Below are positions 18,359-27,987 of a stretch of DNA of 64,000 nt, one piece after another. The position numbers and the translations under genes were made by a program. The stretch is taken from contig JBIIPZ010000003.1 in NCBI GenBank assembly GCA_044342325.1, forward strand, positions 1 to 64,000. The letters run 5' to 3'. The notes beneath the pieces are model-generated. The model saw nothing but the letters and a program-made list of their open reading frames with translations, was not told the DNA's origin and ran no database searches. Each line of letters opens with the position of its first letter. The first letter of the stretch is position 1. Source of the stretch: Terrimicrobiaceae bacterium. GTDB taxonomy: Bacteria > Verrucomicrobiota > Verrucomicrobiia > Chthoniobacterales > Terrimicrobiaceae.

Positions 18359-19111
18359 GTGCAGACTCCATTCGACCTCGCTACGCAGCAGTGCCTCTTC
18401 GCGGCCATGGCAGCAGTCTGCGTGGGAATCAGCAAATCCGGCTTCGGCGCGATGGCTATCCCTGGCATTCTTCTGATGACCCAAGTCATGCCCGCGAGGG
18501 AATCCACCGGCGTCATCCTCCCCATGCTCATCCTGGCCGACCTCTTCGCCGTTCACGCCTTCCGCAAATTCACCGTGTGGCGGTTGCTTCTCAAAATCCT
18601 GCCTGCAGCGGCGCTCGGAGTCGTTGTGGGCTGGTGGCTCATGCCGCTCATCCCAGCAGGTCTTTTCACACCTGTCATCGGCTGGATTATCCTCGCTCTG
18701 CTCCTGCTGACGATCCTTCAGAAATGTTCCAGTCAGCTTCAAGAAATCGCCGCAGACCACCCCGCCGTGTCTTGGCCACTCGGTCTTCTCGCTGGTGTCT
18801 CGACCATGCTGGCCAACGCAGCCGGACCCGCGATGACGGTTTACCTCCTAGCCAGCCGCCTGCCGAAATACGAATTCGTCGGCACAGCCGCTTGGTTTTT
18901 CTTTTTCATCAACATCATCAAAGTCCCCTTCAGCGCCTCGCTGGGCCTGATCACTTCCCAAACCCTACTCTTCAACCTCCTCCTCGCCCCCGCCGTCCTG
19001 ATCGGCCTTTTCTTGGGCAAATTCCTCTTGGGCAAAATCAATCAAAAAGCCTTCGAGTGGATTCTCATCAGCCTCTCCCTACTCGGCGCGCTGCGATTGA
19101 TCTGGGCCTGA
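18359..19111 (+). CDS. Sulfite exporter TauE/SafE (TSUP) family membrane protein
   Basis: Multi-TM protein; GISKSGFG, STMLANAAGP, NIIKVPF; GTG start. Confidence 0.85.
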   Translation: MQTPFDLATQQCLFAAMAAVCVGISKSGFGAMAIPGILLMTQVMPARESTGVILPMLILADLFAVHAFRKFTVWRLLLKILPAAALGVVVGWWLMPLIPAGLFTPVIGWIILALLLLTILQKCSSQLQEIAADHPAVSWPLGLLAGVSTMLANAAGPAMTVYLLASRLPKYEFVGTAAWFFFFINIIKVPFSASLGLITSQTLLFNLLLAPAVLIGLFLGKFLLGKINQKAFEWILISLSLLGALRLIWA

Positions 19112-19176
19112 AGATCGCACACGCGAGCACGAGACGGATGGATGCACGAGCCCGCCACCTCGTAATGGGCGGATCA

Positions 19177-20199
19177 CTACTGCAACTCGAAGTTGATGTT
19201 GATGGTGTAGGCGTCGCCGGTGCCGAGGCCGGTGGGGAGGGCGTCGATGCGGGAGACGCGGTTGAGGGCGGCGAGGACGGATTGGTCCATGAGGGGGTTG
19301 CCGCTGGGGCGGACGATTTCCGCGCTGGCGATGGTGCCGTCGCGCTTAATTTGGATTTTTACGGTGCAGACGAAGGATTTGTCCTGCTCGAAGATGGAGG
19401 TAGGCTGCTCCCATTGGCTGAAGAAGCGGTCGTGGATGAGTTCGTGATACCAGGCGAATTCGCTGGCGGTGCCCCCCGCTCCGCCTCTGCCAGTGCCGCT
19501 GGCTGCTGTGCCGCCTCCCCCACCGGATGCACCGGGTTTTCCCGTGCCTAGGCTGGCAGGTTTTCCATCGCCGGGCGATGCCGAGGGCTTTGCTTCACCG
19601 GCTGCCGCTCCTGGTGAAGACGAGGGGGAGGCTTTGGGCGAAGCACCCGGGGAGGCCTTAGGCGAGGCACCGGGTGAAGCTTTGGGCGTGGCTTTTGAAG
19701 AGGCGGATGGGGACGGCTTGGGTTTAGGACTGGTGGACGGCTTCGGAGAGGGGGTGGCTGATGGTTTCGGCTTCGGTGTGGGCGTCGGACTGGGCTTGGG
19801 TTTGGGAGTGGGCGTGGCGGTTGGCTTAGGTTTTGGGGTCGGCGTTGGAGTTGGTTTAGGCTTGGGCGTTGGAGTGGGGGTTGGCGTCGCCTCGACAAGA
19901 TCGGACTTTTCGGTTGTTGGCTCCGGGGTGGGCTCTGGAGTTGGTTCCGGAGTCGGTTCGGGAGTGGGTGGCGGGGTCGGTTTGGGTTCTGGTGTTGGTT
20001 CGGGCTCCTCTTCGACTTCCTGCGCTGGGTTTCCTCCGACGGCGGCGGCAGCGGCGGCAAAGGAACCCGGATTCACCCAAGTGATGTCGCCCTGTGGCTT
20101 TTTGATTTCGCGCTTGGTAAAATACAGGATTGCTCCAATGAGGAGAAGGTGAAGAGCGGCGACGACGATCAGGTTCCGCCTGAAATGCGGATTTTCCAT
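19177..20199 (-). CDS. TonB/TolA-type energy transducer
   Basis: N-terminal TM with SH-like motif (AALHLLL), long EP/TP/KP and KASPGASP repeats, C-terminal TonB_C-like domain (IKRDGTI...SGNPLMDQSVLAA). Confidence 0.85.
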   Translation of the reverse strand: MENPHFRRNLIVVAALHLLLIGAILYFTKREIKKPQGDITWVNPGSFAAAAAAVGGNPAQEVEEEPEPTPEPKPTPPPTPEPTPEPTPEPTPEPTTEKSDLVEATPTPTPTPKPKPTPTPTPKPKPTATPTPKPKPSPTPTPKPKPSATPSPKPSTSPKPKPSPSASSKATPKASPGASPKASPGASPKASPSSSPGAAAGEAKPSASPGDGKPASLGTGKPGASGGGGGTAASGTGRGGAGGTASEFAWYHELIHDRFFSQWEQPTSIFEQDKSFVCTVKIQIKRDGTIASAEIVRPSGNPLMDQSVLAALNRVSRIDALPTGLGTGDAYTININFELQ

Positions 20200-20200
20200 G

Positions 20201-20638
20201 TCAGCGGGCTTGGGCTGGTGCGTCGGGACCGTCTTTGAGAGTCATGACTCCGACTTTGGTGATTCCGACGCGCTGGAGAATATCCATGACGGAAATAAAT
20301 TTCTGAATCGGGAGTTCAAAATGGGGGCGGACGATGACAGCGGTTTCCGGCTTGTCGACTTTGAGAGCGACGAGGCGGGCTTCGAGGTCAGTGGGTGTGA
20401 CAACCGTATTGTCGATCTTGAGTATATTGTTTTTATCGATCGAGATATTGAATGCCTGTGAGGGATTCGACGAACCAGCCGCTGTGGAGCTTTTTGGCAC
20501 GACCAGATCCATGCTGTTCTCGATCAAGGGGGTGGTAATCATAAAAATGATCAACAACACAAAGACCAGATCGAGCATGGGGGTAATGTTCAACTCCGTG
20601 AGGCCGTGCAGCCCGTTTTTCGAAGAGTAGCGTCGCAT
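20201..20638 (-). CDS. ExbD/TolR family protein
   Basis: ELNITPMLDLVFVLLIIFMITTP. Confidence 0.92.
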   Translation of the reverse strand: MRRYSSKNGLHGLTELNITPMLDLVFVLLIIFMITTPLIENSMDLVVPKSSTAAGSSNPSQAFNISIDKNNILKIDNTVVTPTDLEARLVALKVDKPETAVIVRPHFELPIQKFISVMDILQRVGITKVGVMTLKDGPDAPAQAR

Positions 20639-20644
20639 GCGGTG

Positions 20645-21388
20645 TCAGAGGATCGGACGCCTTGATTCGCGGGAGCCGAAATCGACATAGCGGTGCTCGA
20701 TTTCGGAGGATAGCTCGGCCGCGAAGTTATCGGCCTGAACGAGAAGCGAGCGCAGCGTCGTGACAAGGAAATTGTAGCCAAACATGGCCGGTATGGCCAC
20801 GAGAAGACTGATGATGGTGGTGATGAGCGATCCGGAAATACCGGGCGCCATCGCGGCGAGGTTGGCATTTCCCGAGGCGGCGATGCCTGCGAAGGCGTCC
20901 ATAACGCCCCAGACGGTGCCAAGCAGGCCAAGAAATGGAGCGCCACTGACAGCTGTCGAGAGCACGATCATTTTGGACTCGAGCCGAAGGGCGGATTCCC
21001 CGACGGCGCGCTCCATGGCAGCTTGGACGGCGCGCATCTGCGCCGGGGTGATTTTTTCAGCAGTCTTGAGACGAGAGGAGAAGCTTTCATCGACCTCGAT
21101 GGAGCCCAGCATTTGAAAACAGAGTTCGTTGGCGCCGGCTTCGTAGATTTCGAAAATGTTCGATCCCTCGAAGGCAACGCCCGCCTCGAAGATTCGAAGC
21201 GGTTGACGATCCTGGTGGAAGAGATCTTGGAAACGGTCGTTCTGGCGTTTGCAAAAACTCAGGAAGCGAATCTTGGTCACCATGACGGACCAGCTGAAGA
21301 TCGATGCGAGAAATAGCACAAGGAGGATCAACTTCCCCTCCAGAGTGCTTTCCGTAAAAGCGTAGATAATACCTGCTGCGATCATCAT
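20645..21388 (-). CDS. MotA/TolQ/ExbB proton channel protein
   Basis: APFLGLLGTVWGVM, APGISGSL, VAIPAMFGYN; start placed at ATG 21388. Confidence 0.92.
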   Translation of the reverse strand: MMIAAGIIYAFTESTLEGKLILLVLFLASIFSWSVMVTKIRFLSFCKRQNDRFQDLFHQDRQPLRIFEAGVAFEGSNIFEIYEAGANELCFQMLGSIEVDESFSSRLKTAEKITPAQMRAVQAAMERAVGESALRLESKMIVLSTAVSGAPFLGLLGTVWGVMDAFAGIAASGNANLAAMAPGISGSLITTIISLLVAIPAMFGYNFLVTTLRSLLVQADNFAAELSSEIEHRYVDFGSRESRRPIL

Positions 21389-21522
21389 ATGAAAACCATG
21401 CCCTAAAACCGGAGACGCGATGTGAAATTGCCATCCATAACGGACACATAAAGACACCCGTCGCCTTGGAAATGCAAAACGATTCTTTTGCCAGAGCCGG
21501 AGGGCGAGGGATATAAGAGCTT

Positions 21523-22344
21523 ATGCGCATATTTCTTCCCATGCTGGCCATGACTCTCGCCCTTGCTTCTCCGCTTTGGGCGCAGCAGCCAGCGCCTCGT
21601 GAGAATCCGTATGATGTCATTGCAAAAATTTTCCAACCGCTCTGGGGGGTGCTTCTCTCGGAATCGAATGACAACAACCGCGCCGCCACAATTGAGTTTG
21701 AGATAACCGAAGTCAGTGGACGGCTTCCGCAGGAAATGAAAGGCGCCACCCTGCAAGCGGCGGTGCAATTTCCAGACAAGGTGAAACTGGTTGCTCCCGT
21801 CCTCGGAGAAACTTTCACGGTCTGCCGCAATGGCGATGAGGTGTGGGCGACTCCAGGAGGCAAAGTGGAATACCTCATCTCGCAATTCAAAGTCGTGCCA
21901 AAAAAAGGCACGAAACTGAAAACTCCGATCTTTCTACCGATCACTCCCCAGCAAGCGATCTTCCTACCTGCACTCTTCTCCGTGAGCCGCCCCGATGTCG
22001 CCGAGGTCGAGGAACTGCGTGGCGAGAACTGCCGGGTCCTCACAGCGGGGCTTATGCCGGAACTGGCGAAAGCCACGAAGGCGGAGGATTTCCAGACACG
22101 CGTCTGGGTCGCTCCAGGTCATAAAGTAAGGCGCATCGAGGTGAAGCGGCGGGATTTTTCAGCCGTCGTCGATGTGCGGGAAATGACCTTCTCCCCTACC
22201 CTGCCGGCATCAACATGGGAACCACCGGCGACGACGGCGGATGTCTTCCGCACCTCGCCGGATATGCTCGAGGGGTTGATCTACATCGTGATGAACTCGC
22301 TGAAGTCCGGTGCGCAAAGCACTCCTTGGCTTTCGGCCAAGTAG
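21523..22344 (+). CDS. Exported protein, probable LolA-like fold
   Basis: Signal peptide; QFPDKVKL...VCRNGDEVW and EELRGENCRVL resemble LolA/outer-membrane lipoprotein-sorting families. Confidence 0.55.
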   Translation: MRIFLPMLAMTLALASPLWAQQPAPRENPYDVIAKIFQPLWGVLLSESNDNNRAATIEFEITEVSGRLPQEMKGATLQAAVQFPDKVKLVAPVLGETFTVCRNGDEVWATPGGKVEYLISQFKVVPKKGTKLKTPIFLPITPQQAIFLPALFSVSRPDVAEVEELRGENCRVLTAGLMPELAKATKAEDFQTRVWVAPGHKVRRIEVKRRDFSAVVDVREMTFSPTLPASTWEPPATTADVFRTSPDMLEGLIYIVMNSLKSGAQSTPWLSAK

Positions 22345-22358
22345 GCACGGATCGTCAA

Positions 22359-22919
22359 TCAGAGCGGTTTCAAAGCCGCTTGGTGCGGGATTTGACCACG
22401 GTTGCGAAAAGTTTTTTCAAATGCTGTCAGCACGGTTTCGCGTCCATCGTCCCATGGAATTTCCGTCCAGCCTTCGCGGGTGAGTTCACGCATCTCGCCG
22501 AAGTAGGGCTCGTCGTCGGTCATGAGCCGGAGAACGCCATCCGAACGAAGAATGCGACGGATCTCGGTGAGGAAATTTTTTTGAAAGACTCGGCGACTGG
22601 AGTGCCTGCGTTTTGGCCAAGGGTCGGGAAAATAGAGATGAAAGATCGACACGCTCGCTGTCGGCAGGGGCTGAAGCGCCTCGGCTCCCAAGCCTTGAAT
22701 GGCGGCGGCATTGTTCAATCCGAGCCGGACGGCGCGGGCATTGCATTTGTCCACGCGGTCGGACTGTTTTTCGATACCAAGAAAATTGGATGAGGGATGC
22801 AGACCGGCCATGCCGATGAGAAACGCGCCTCGATGGCAGCCGAAGTCGATCTCCAGCGGCGGAGCCGAGGGGACGAGCCAAGACGAAGGAATGGAGTGTT
22901 GGTTTTCCGGTGTGGACAT
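22359..22919 (-). CDS. trmB: tRNA (guanine-N7)-methyltransferase
   Basis: EIDFGCHRG, FPDPWPKRRH, LMTD, TAFE. Confidence 0.9.
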   Translation of the reverse strand: MSTPENQHSIPSSWLVPSAPPLEIDFGCHRGAFLIGMAGLHPSSNFLGIEKQSDRVDKCNARAVRLGLNNAAAIQGLGAEALQPLPTASVSIFHLYFPDPWPKRRHSSRRVFQKNFLTEIRRILRSDGVLRLMTDDEPYFGEMRELTREGWTEIPWDDGRETVLTAFEKTFRNRGQIPHQAALKPL

Positions 22920-22950
22920 GAAGCGCGATGTCTATGAATTCAGGATGTTT

Positions 22951-23970
22951 TTAAAGCACCGCTGTGGCGCTGACGAGGGCGGGTTTGAGAAGCGGCGCGG
23001 AACTGCCGTTCAAAAGAGCCGAGGCCGCAGTGCGCCCGAGGCGGCGAAAATCATACCGCAGACGACTGATCGGCGCCGACAGGATGCCGGTGCCTTGCGT
23101 GGCGATGAGTGGAAAGACTGCGCCGACCTTGTGCAAAGGCGCGATTTTTTCGGCCAGAGCGCGCGCCACATAGTCCTCGGGACACACAAACAGGAAGCCC
23201 TTGCCGCAAAGTTGATCGGCCTGCCTCATTGCTTCAGAGAAATCCATGCGCGATGGTTTCTTTTCCGCCAATTCCGTCTCGAGAAGATCAATCGCATGGT
23301 CAATGACCGCATCACCCCGAAATGGAACAACCAGTATGACTCCCGCAAAGTTGCTGCGGTCGATCAATCCCCTCACGAGACGGGCACCATGCTTCTGATC
23401 GATGCTGACCGGAGCGCTTCTAAGCAATTGCAGCTTCGCTCCACCCGTGAACGGGGCTTCTTCAATGACCTCGGGAGCCCACAAATGGTCGAAGAGAAAA
23501 CCACAACATCCACGCGGGGCATTTTTCAAGATCGCATCAAGCTCGCGCCGCTGAATTTCTAGTGATGCGAATTGCGGGGGTTCCAGCGAATCGCCCTGCC
23601 GCAGCAAAGACGGCGCGGAACACAAAACAAAACTCCCCGCATTCGCCGAACACGCCTCCGAGACGCCTGAGAGGATTTCCTGATAGAGACGGCTCCAATG
23701 GCACATTTCGCGACCGATGAAGCAAAGCGGCTTGCCCCGCACTTGCTCAGCGCGGGCTGCAGCAGAATAAAACCTGCCACTCGGACTTTGCCAAACCACA
23801 CCCTCCGCAGCCATGTCCTTTAGAATTCGAAAAATTGTGGAAGCGTGGAGATTCAGATCCTTGGAAAGCACTGCCAAAGTTGGCAGGCACTGGCTGGAAT
23901 CAGCGGCAGCGGCCATTTCAACAAGCCGCTCGCGGGCTTGCCTGGCAAGAATTGTTGGTTTTCTGGGCAC
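22951..23970 (-). CDS. Transcriptional regulator: GntR-like wHTH plus divergent LacI-type ligand-binding domain
   Basis: LPTLAVLSKDLNLHASTIFRILKDMAAEGVV (HTH); C-terminal ISRLRYDFRRLGRTAA; divergent from the sugar operon. Confidence 0.7.
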   Translation of the reverse strand: MPRKPTILARQARERLVEMAAAADSSQCLPTLAVLSKDLNLHASTIFRILKDMAAEGVVWQSPSGRFYSAAARAEQVRGKPLCFIGREMCHWSRLYQEILSGVSEACSANAGSFVLCSAPSLLRQGDSLEPPQFASLEIQRRELDAILKNAPRGCCGFLFDHLWAPEVIEEAPFTGGAKLQLLRSAPVSIDQKHGARLVRGLIDRSNFAGVILVVPFRGDAVIDHAIDLLETELAEKKPSRMDFSEAMRQADQLCGKGFLFVCPEDYVARALAEKIAPLHKVGAVFPLIATQGTGILSAPISRLRYDFRRLGRTAASALLNGSSAPLLKPALVSATAVL

Positions 23971-24144
23971 GCTGGAATCCTCGCGAAGGCAAATCTATTT
24001 GCAATAGAAATAAGCATTGCGAATAAAAACCACCTCAAATTTAATGCACGCAGGCAGTGCGGAGACTTTCAGTTTGGACTGATCAAAGCCTGATCAGAAA
24101 ATTCCTGAACCACCTCGTTCGATACCTAATTTTAAGCATTTCCC

Positions 24145-25254
24145 ATGACAACATCAACCCCGGTAGCAGATATCATCAATGGATTCCGAGTTCATGGATC
24201 CTTTCTGGAAAGTAGCCCCTATGGCGGTGGCCACATCAATGACACCTTCGTCGCGGCATTCAGCCAGGCAGGCACGCGCGTGCGCTACATTTTCCAGCGA
24301 ATCAACGAGCGCATTTTCACCAATCCCGTGGCACTTATGGAAAACATCCAGCGCGTCACCGAGGAAGCTCACAGGCAGCTTGGAATCGCCGGAGTGCCCG
24401 ATGCCTCACGGCGCGCCTTGACAGTGCTCTCCGCAGAGGAAGGCCTTCCTTACCACCGCGACCAAGAAGGCAAATACTGGCGGGGATATTTGTTCATCGA
24501 GGGAGCCAGAACCTACGACATTATTAAGAGCGAGCGCCAGGCCTACGAGGCAGCGAAGGCTTTTGGCGGATTCCAAGGCCTCGTCGCTGCGCTTCCAGGT
24601 GCCCGGCTTCATGAGACGATCCTAAATTTCCACAACACCCGCTCGCGTTTGGAGCGCTTGAAACAGGCCGTAGCGGCGGATGCCAAGGGTCGGCTTGCCG
24701 AGGTTAAGGCCGAGTGGGATTTCATCCAGCGCCGCGAAGACATTGTGGACCGCCTGATCGATCTCTGCGCCAAGGGAGAAATTCCTGAGCGGGTCACACA
24801 CAACGACACGAAGCTCAACAATGTGATGATCGACGACGCCACGGAGACGGGGATCTGCGTTGTCGATCTCGACACCGTCATGCCAGGCCTCGCTCTCTAC
24901 GACTTCGGCGACATGGTGCGCACCGCCACTAGTCCCGCGCTGGAAGATGAGCCCGATGTTTCGAAGGTTCGCATGCAGATGCCCATGTTCGAGGCGCTCG
25001 TCGGCGGCTACCTGTCCTCGGCGCGTTCGTTCCTGAACGAAGCCGAAATCGCCCACCTCGCCTTCTCCGGCAAGCTCATCACACTCGAGATCGGCATTCG
25101 TTTCCTCACCGACTACCTCGAGGGCGATGTGTATTTCAAAATCAAGCACCCCACGCACAACCTCGACCGCCTTCGCACCCAACTCGCACTGGTGAAAAGC
25201 ATCGAGGATCAAGAAGAAGCCATGAACAACTTTGTTCGAAAGGTCACAAAATGA
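24145..25254 (+). CDS. Aminoglycoside phosphotransferase-family sugar kinase (N-acetylhexosamine 1-kinase-like)
   Basis: GGHINDT, QRIN, THNDTKLNNVM, DLDTVMPG, YDFGD, RFLTDYLEGDVYF. Confidence 0.85.
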   Translation: MTTSTPVADIINGFRVHGSFLESSPYGGGHINDTFVAAFSQAGTRVRYIFQRINERIFTNPVALMENIQRVTEEAHRQLGIAGVPDASRRALTVLSAEEGLPYHRDQEGKYWRGYLFIEGARTYDIIKSERQAYEAAKAFGGFQGLVAALPGARLHETILNFHNTRSRLERLKQAVAADAKGRLAEVKAEWDFIQRREDIVDRLIDLCAKGEIPERVTHNDTKLNNVMIDDATETGICVVDLDTVMPGLALYDFGDMVRTATSPALEDEPDVSKVRMQMPMFEALVGGYLSSARSFLNEAEIAHLAFSGKLITLEIGIRFLTDYLEGDVYFKIKHPTHNLDRLRTQLALVKSIEDQEEAMNNFVRKVTK

Positions 25255-26156
25255 AAATTCTCATCACAGGCGGAAGCGGGTTCATCGGCAGTCATGTCGT
25301 GGAGTATTATCAGGACATCGCAGAGGTGGTTGTTTTGGACAACCTGCGCAGCGGACACCGCAAAAACCTCGACGGTCTCAAGTGCCGGTTCGTGGAGGGA
25401 TCCATCATGGACAAACCGCTTCTCGACGAAGTCATGCAAGGGGTGGATTACATCTTCCACCTCGCTGCCCTCATCAGTGTGCCGGAATCCATGCAGCGAC
25501 CGGATGAAACTGTGGAACTCAATGTGCGCGGGCTTCTCAATGTCCTCGAAGCAGGCCGCAAGCACGGCGTGAAGAAACTCTGCTTCGCCAGCTCCGCCGC
25601 CGTGTATGGCGAAAATCCCATCCAGCCCAAGGTGGAAAGCATGACGCCGGATCCCCGGAGTCCCTATGCCATCACCAAGCTCGACGGCGAATACTACTGC
25701 AGCCTCTATGCCCGCGAGGGCTGGTTGCAGACGGCATGCATCCGTTTTTTCAATGTCTTCGGCCCTCGCCAGGACCCACGCAGCGCCTATGCCGCCGCCG
25801 TGCCGATTTTCCTCCACCGCGCCCTCAGCGGAGAGCCCATCACGGTCTATGGTGACGGTAGCCAGACGAGGGATTTCATTTTCGTGAAGGACATCGTGGG
25901 AGCGCTCACTTTTGCGGCGGAAACCCCGCACGCAACTGGCGTCTTCAACGCGGGCTACGGCAAATCCATTACCATCCTCGAGCTGGTTCAGGAAATCCTG
26001 CGACTCACCGGCTCGAAATCTGAAATCCGCTTCGAACCAGTTCGAGCGGGAGATATCCGCCACTCCACATCAGATCCCTCGAAGCTGATGGCCGCTGGAT
26101 GGAAGCCACGCTTTGATGTCCCAGCTGGCCTGCAGGCTTGTCAGGAATACAAATAA
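25251..26156 (+). CDS. NAD-dependent epimerase/dehydratase (UDP-hexose 4-epimerase-like)
   Basis: TGGSGFIGSH, SSAAVYG, YAITK (YxxxK), RFFNVFGPRQ. Confidence 0.9.
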   Translation: MKILITGGSGFIGSHVVEYYQDIAEVVVLDNLRSGHRKNLDGLKCRFVEGSIMDKPLLDEVMQGVDYIFHLAALISVPESMQRPDETVELNVRGLLNVLEAGRKHGVKKLCFASSAAVYGENPIQPKVESMTPDPRSPYAITKLDGEYYCSLYAREGWLQTACIRFFNVFGPRQDPRSAYAAAVPIFLHRALSGEPITVYGDGSQTRDFIFVKDIVGALTFAAETPHATGVFNAGYGKSITILELVQEILRLTGSKSEIRFEPVRAGDIRHSTSDPSKLMAAGWKPRFDVPAGLQACQEYK

Positions 26157-26209
26157 GTCGGTCAATTTTTCTCATCGAACAGGCAAGGCATTCTGATAAC
26201 CGCATAACC

Positions 26210-27208
26210 ATGACATCCCTAAACGCTCTCCTGATCGGCATGCCACACTACTTGCCGCAGGCCTACCCCGAGGCTCTGCGCGCGGAAATTGGCAGCAAGG
26301 TCCGACTTTTTCCTGATGCCATCAACGGAGCCGATTGGAAAAACCACACTACAGCCCTGGCAGAAGCAGATGTTCTTTTTGCGACTTGGGGAATGCCAAA
26401 GCTCTATGCGGAATTCCTCGCCGCCGCACCGCGATTGAAAGCGGTCTTTTACGCGGCAGGTTCGGTCAAAGGCTTTGCAACTCCCGAGTCCTACAAGCGA
26501 GGAATCCTGATTTCAAGCGCCTGGCAGGCGAATGCCATTCCCGTGGCCGAGTATTCCCATGCCACGATTCTTTTAGGTCTGAAGGGGTTCTGGTCTAGCC
26601 AACGCCTAGCACCGGCAGGCAAATTCAGCCACCAACATTCCCCTGTGGCAGGAGCATTTCATTCAAATGTCGGCCTCGTCTCCCTCGGGGCGATCGGACG
26701 CCTTGTAGCGGGACATCTGGCGAAACACGAAATCAACATCCTGGCCTACGACCCCTTCGCCACACCTGCCGCTACTGCCTCGCTCGGCGTTTCTCTGGTT
26801 TCCCTCGAGGAGCTTTTTGCGAAGAGCAATGTGGTGAGCATCCACACGCCTTGGCTGCCGGAAACTGAAAAAATGATCAACGGCCCGCTCCTCCGCGCGA
26901 TGCCCCAAGGCGCTACCCTCATCAACACCTCGCGCGGCGCGGTCATCGATGAAGCCGATCTCTGCGAAGTGCTCGCCGAGCGACAAGACATCACGGCCAT
27001 TCTGGATGTGACCCATCCCGAACCACCGCTGCCGGACTCGCCTTTGCGGACTCTGGAAAATGTTGTCCTCACCCCGCACATCGCCGGCAGCATTGGCGGT
27101 GAAATCGCTCGTATGGGTTACTGGATGAAAGACGAACTCGACCTTTATCTGGCTGGGAAAGCCCTTCAACACGCAGTCTCCGAGGACATGCTCGCCCGAA
27201 TGGCCTGA
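26210..27208 (+). CDS. D-isomer specific 2-hydroxyacid dehydrogenase
   Basis: NAIPVAEY, GLVSLGAIG, INTSRG, LDVTHPEP, TPHIAG; start placed at ATG 26210. Confidence 0.88.
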   Translation: MTSLNALLIGMPHYLPQAYPEALRAEIGSKVRLFPDAINGADWKNHTTALAEADVLFATWGMPKLYAEFLAAAPRLKAVFYAAGSVKGFATPESYKRGILISSAWQANAIPVAEYSHATILLGLKGFWSSQRLAPAGKFSHQHSPVAGAFHSNVGLVSLGAIGRLVAGHLAKHEINILAYDPFATPAATASLGVSLVSLEELFAKSNVVSIHTPWLPETEKMINGPLLRAMPQGATLINTSRGAVIDEADLCEVLAERQDITAILDVTHPEPPLPDSPLRTLENVVLTPHIAGSIGGEIARMGYWMKDELDLYLAGKALQHAVSEDMLARMA

Positions 27209-27219
27209 CACATCTTTTT

Positions 27220-27987
27220 ATGCTTCCCGGCCTCGTCTCCATCACCTTCCGTCAACTCACACCGCAGCAAATCGTCGAGCTGTGCTGCAAAAACCAACTT
27301 CAAGTCATCGAGTGGGGCGGCGATGTGCATGTGCCCCATGGCGACATCGACACAGCCACGCAAGTCGGCCGATTGACGCGCGAGCAGGGGCTGGATGTCG
27401 CCGCGTATGGCTCCTACTACCGGCTTGCGGCGAGTCCTGCCGATGGATTGCATTTCTCCGCCGTGCTGGCATCCGCCGTGGCGCTGGAGACTAAGGCGAT
27501 CCGGATTTGGGCGGGTAACCGGGGTTCGGCGGATGCCGATTCCGCCTGGCGAAACGAAGTCATTCAAGATGCCTTGCGCTGCGCAGATCTTGCTGCCGAA
27601 AAAGGCATCACCCTTTGCTACGAATTCCATGGCGGCACGCTCACCGACACACTGGAGTCCACCTGCGACCTGCTCGCGGCGACAGAGCATCCGTTCATCA
27701 AAACCCTCTGGCAACCGCCTCATGGCCGTCCGCTGGAAGAATGCCTCACCGGCCTGCGAACTCTGGCACCGAGACTTCATCACATCCATGGATTCCATTG
27801 GTGGCCGGATCTCTCGCACCGCCTACCATTGCGAACCGGTAAGGATCGCTGGACCGCCTATGTCTCAGAACTTCGCTCTCTTGGCCTGACTCCAAATATC
27901 CTTCTTGAATTTGTCGTTGGTGACTCCCCCGAGGCACTCACCGACGATGCCTTGTTTCTCAACGAAATCCTGAACGAACAGGGGTAG
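27220..27987 (+). CDS. Xylose isomerase-like TIM-barrel sugar phosphate isomerase/epimerase
   Basis: GLVSITFRQL, IEWGGDVHVP, IRIWAG, EFHGGTLTD, LLEFV. Confidence 0.85.
   Translation: MLPGLVSITFRQLTPQQIVELCCKNQLQVIEWGGDVHVPHGDIDTATQVGRLTREQGLDVAAYGSYYRLAASPADGLHFSAVLASAVALETKAIRIWAGNRGSADADSAWRNEVIQDALRCADLAAEKGITLCYEFHGGTLTDTLESTCDLLAATEHPFIKTLWQPPHGRPLEECLTGLRTLAPRLHHIHGFHWWPDLSHRLPLRTGKDRWTAYVSELRSLGLTPNILLEFVVGDSPEALTDDALFLNEILNEQG

Noticed and set aside
18142..19551. 469-aa plus-strand ORF
   Set aside because: Out-of-frame overlap with prfC and the TSUP gene and antisense to the TonB/TolA gene; Arg/Pro-rich with no protein-like pattern
19600..20010. Repetitive DNA considered as a possible CRISPR array
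   Set aside because: Repeats are degenerate codon-level units inside a CDS with no unique spacers; no cas genes in the window
19469..20152. Gly/Val-repeat ORF (GVGVGLG...)
   Set aside because: Antisense reading of the Pro/Thr/Lys stalk of the TonB/TolA protein
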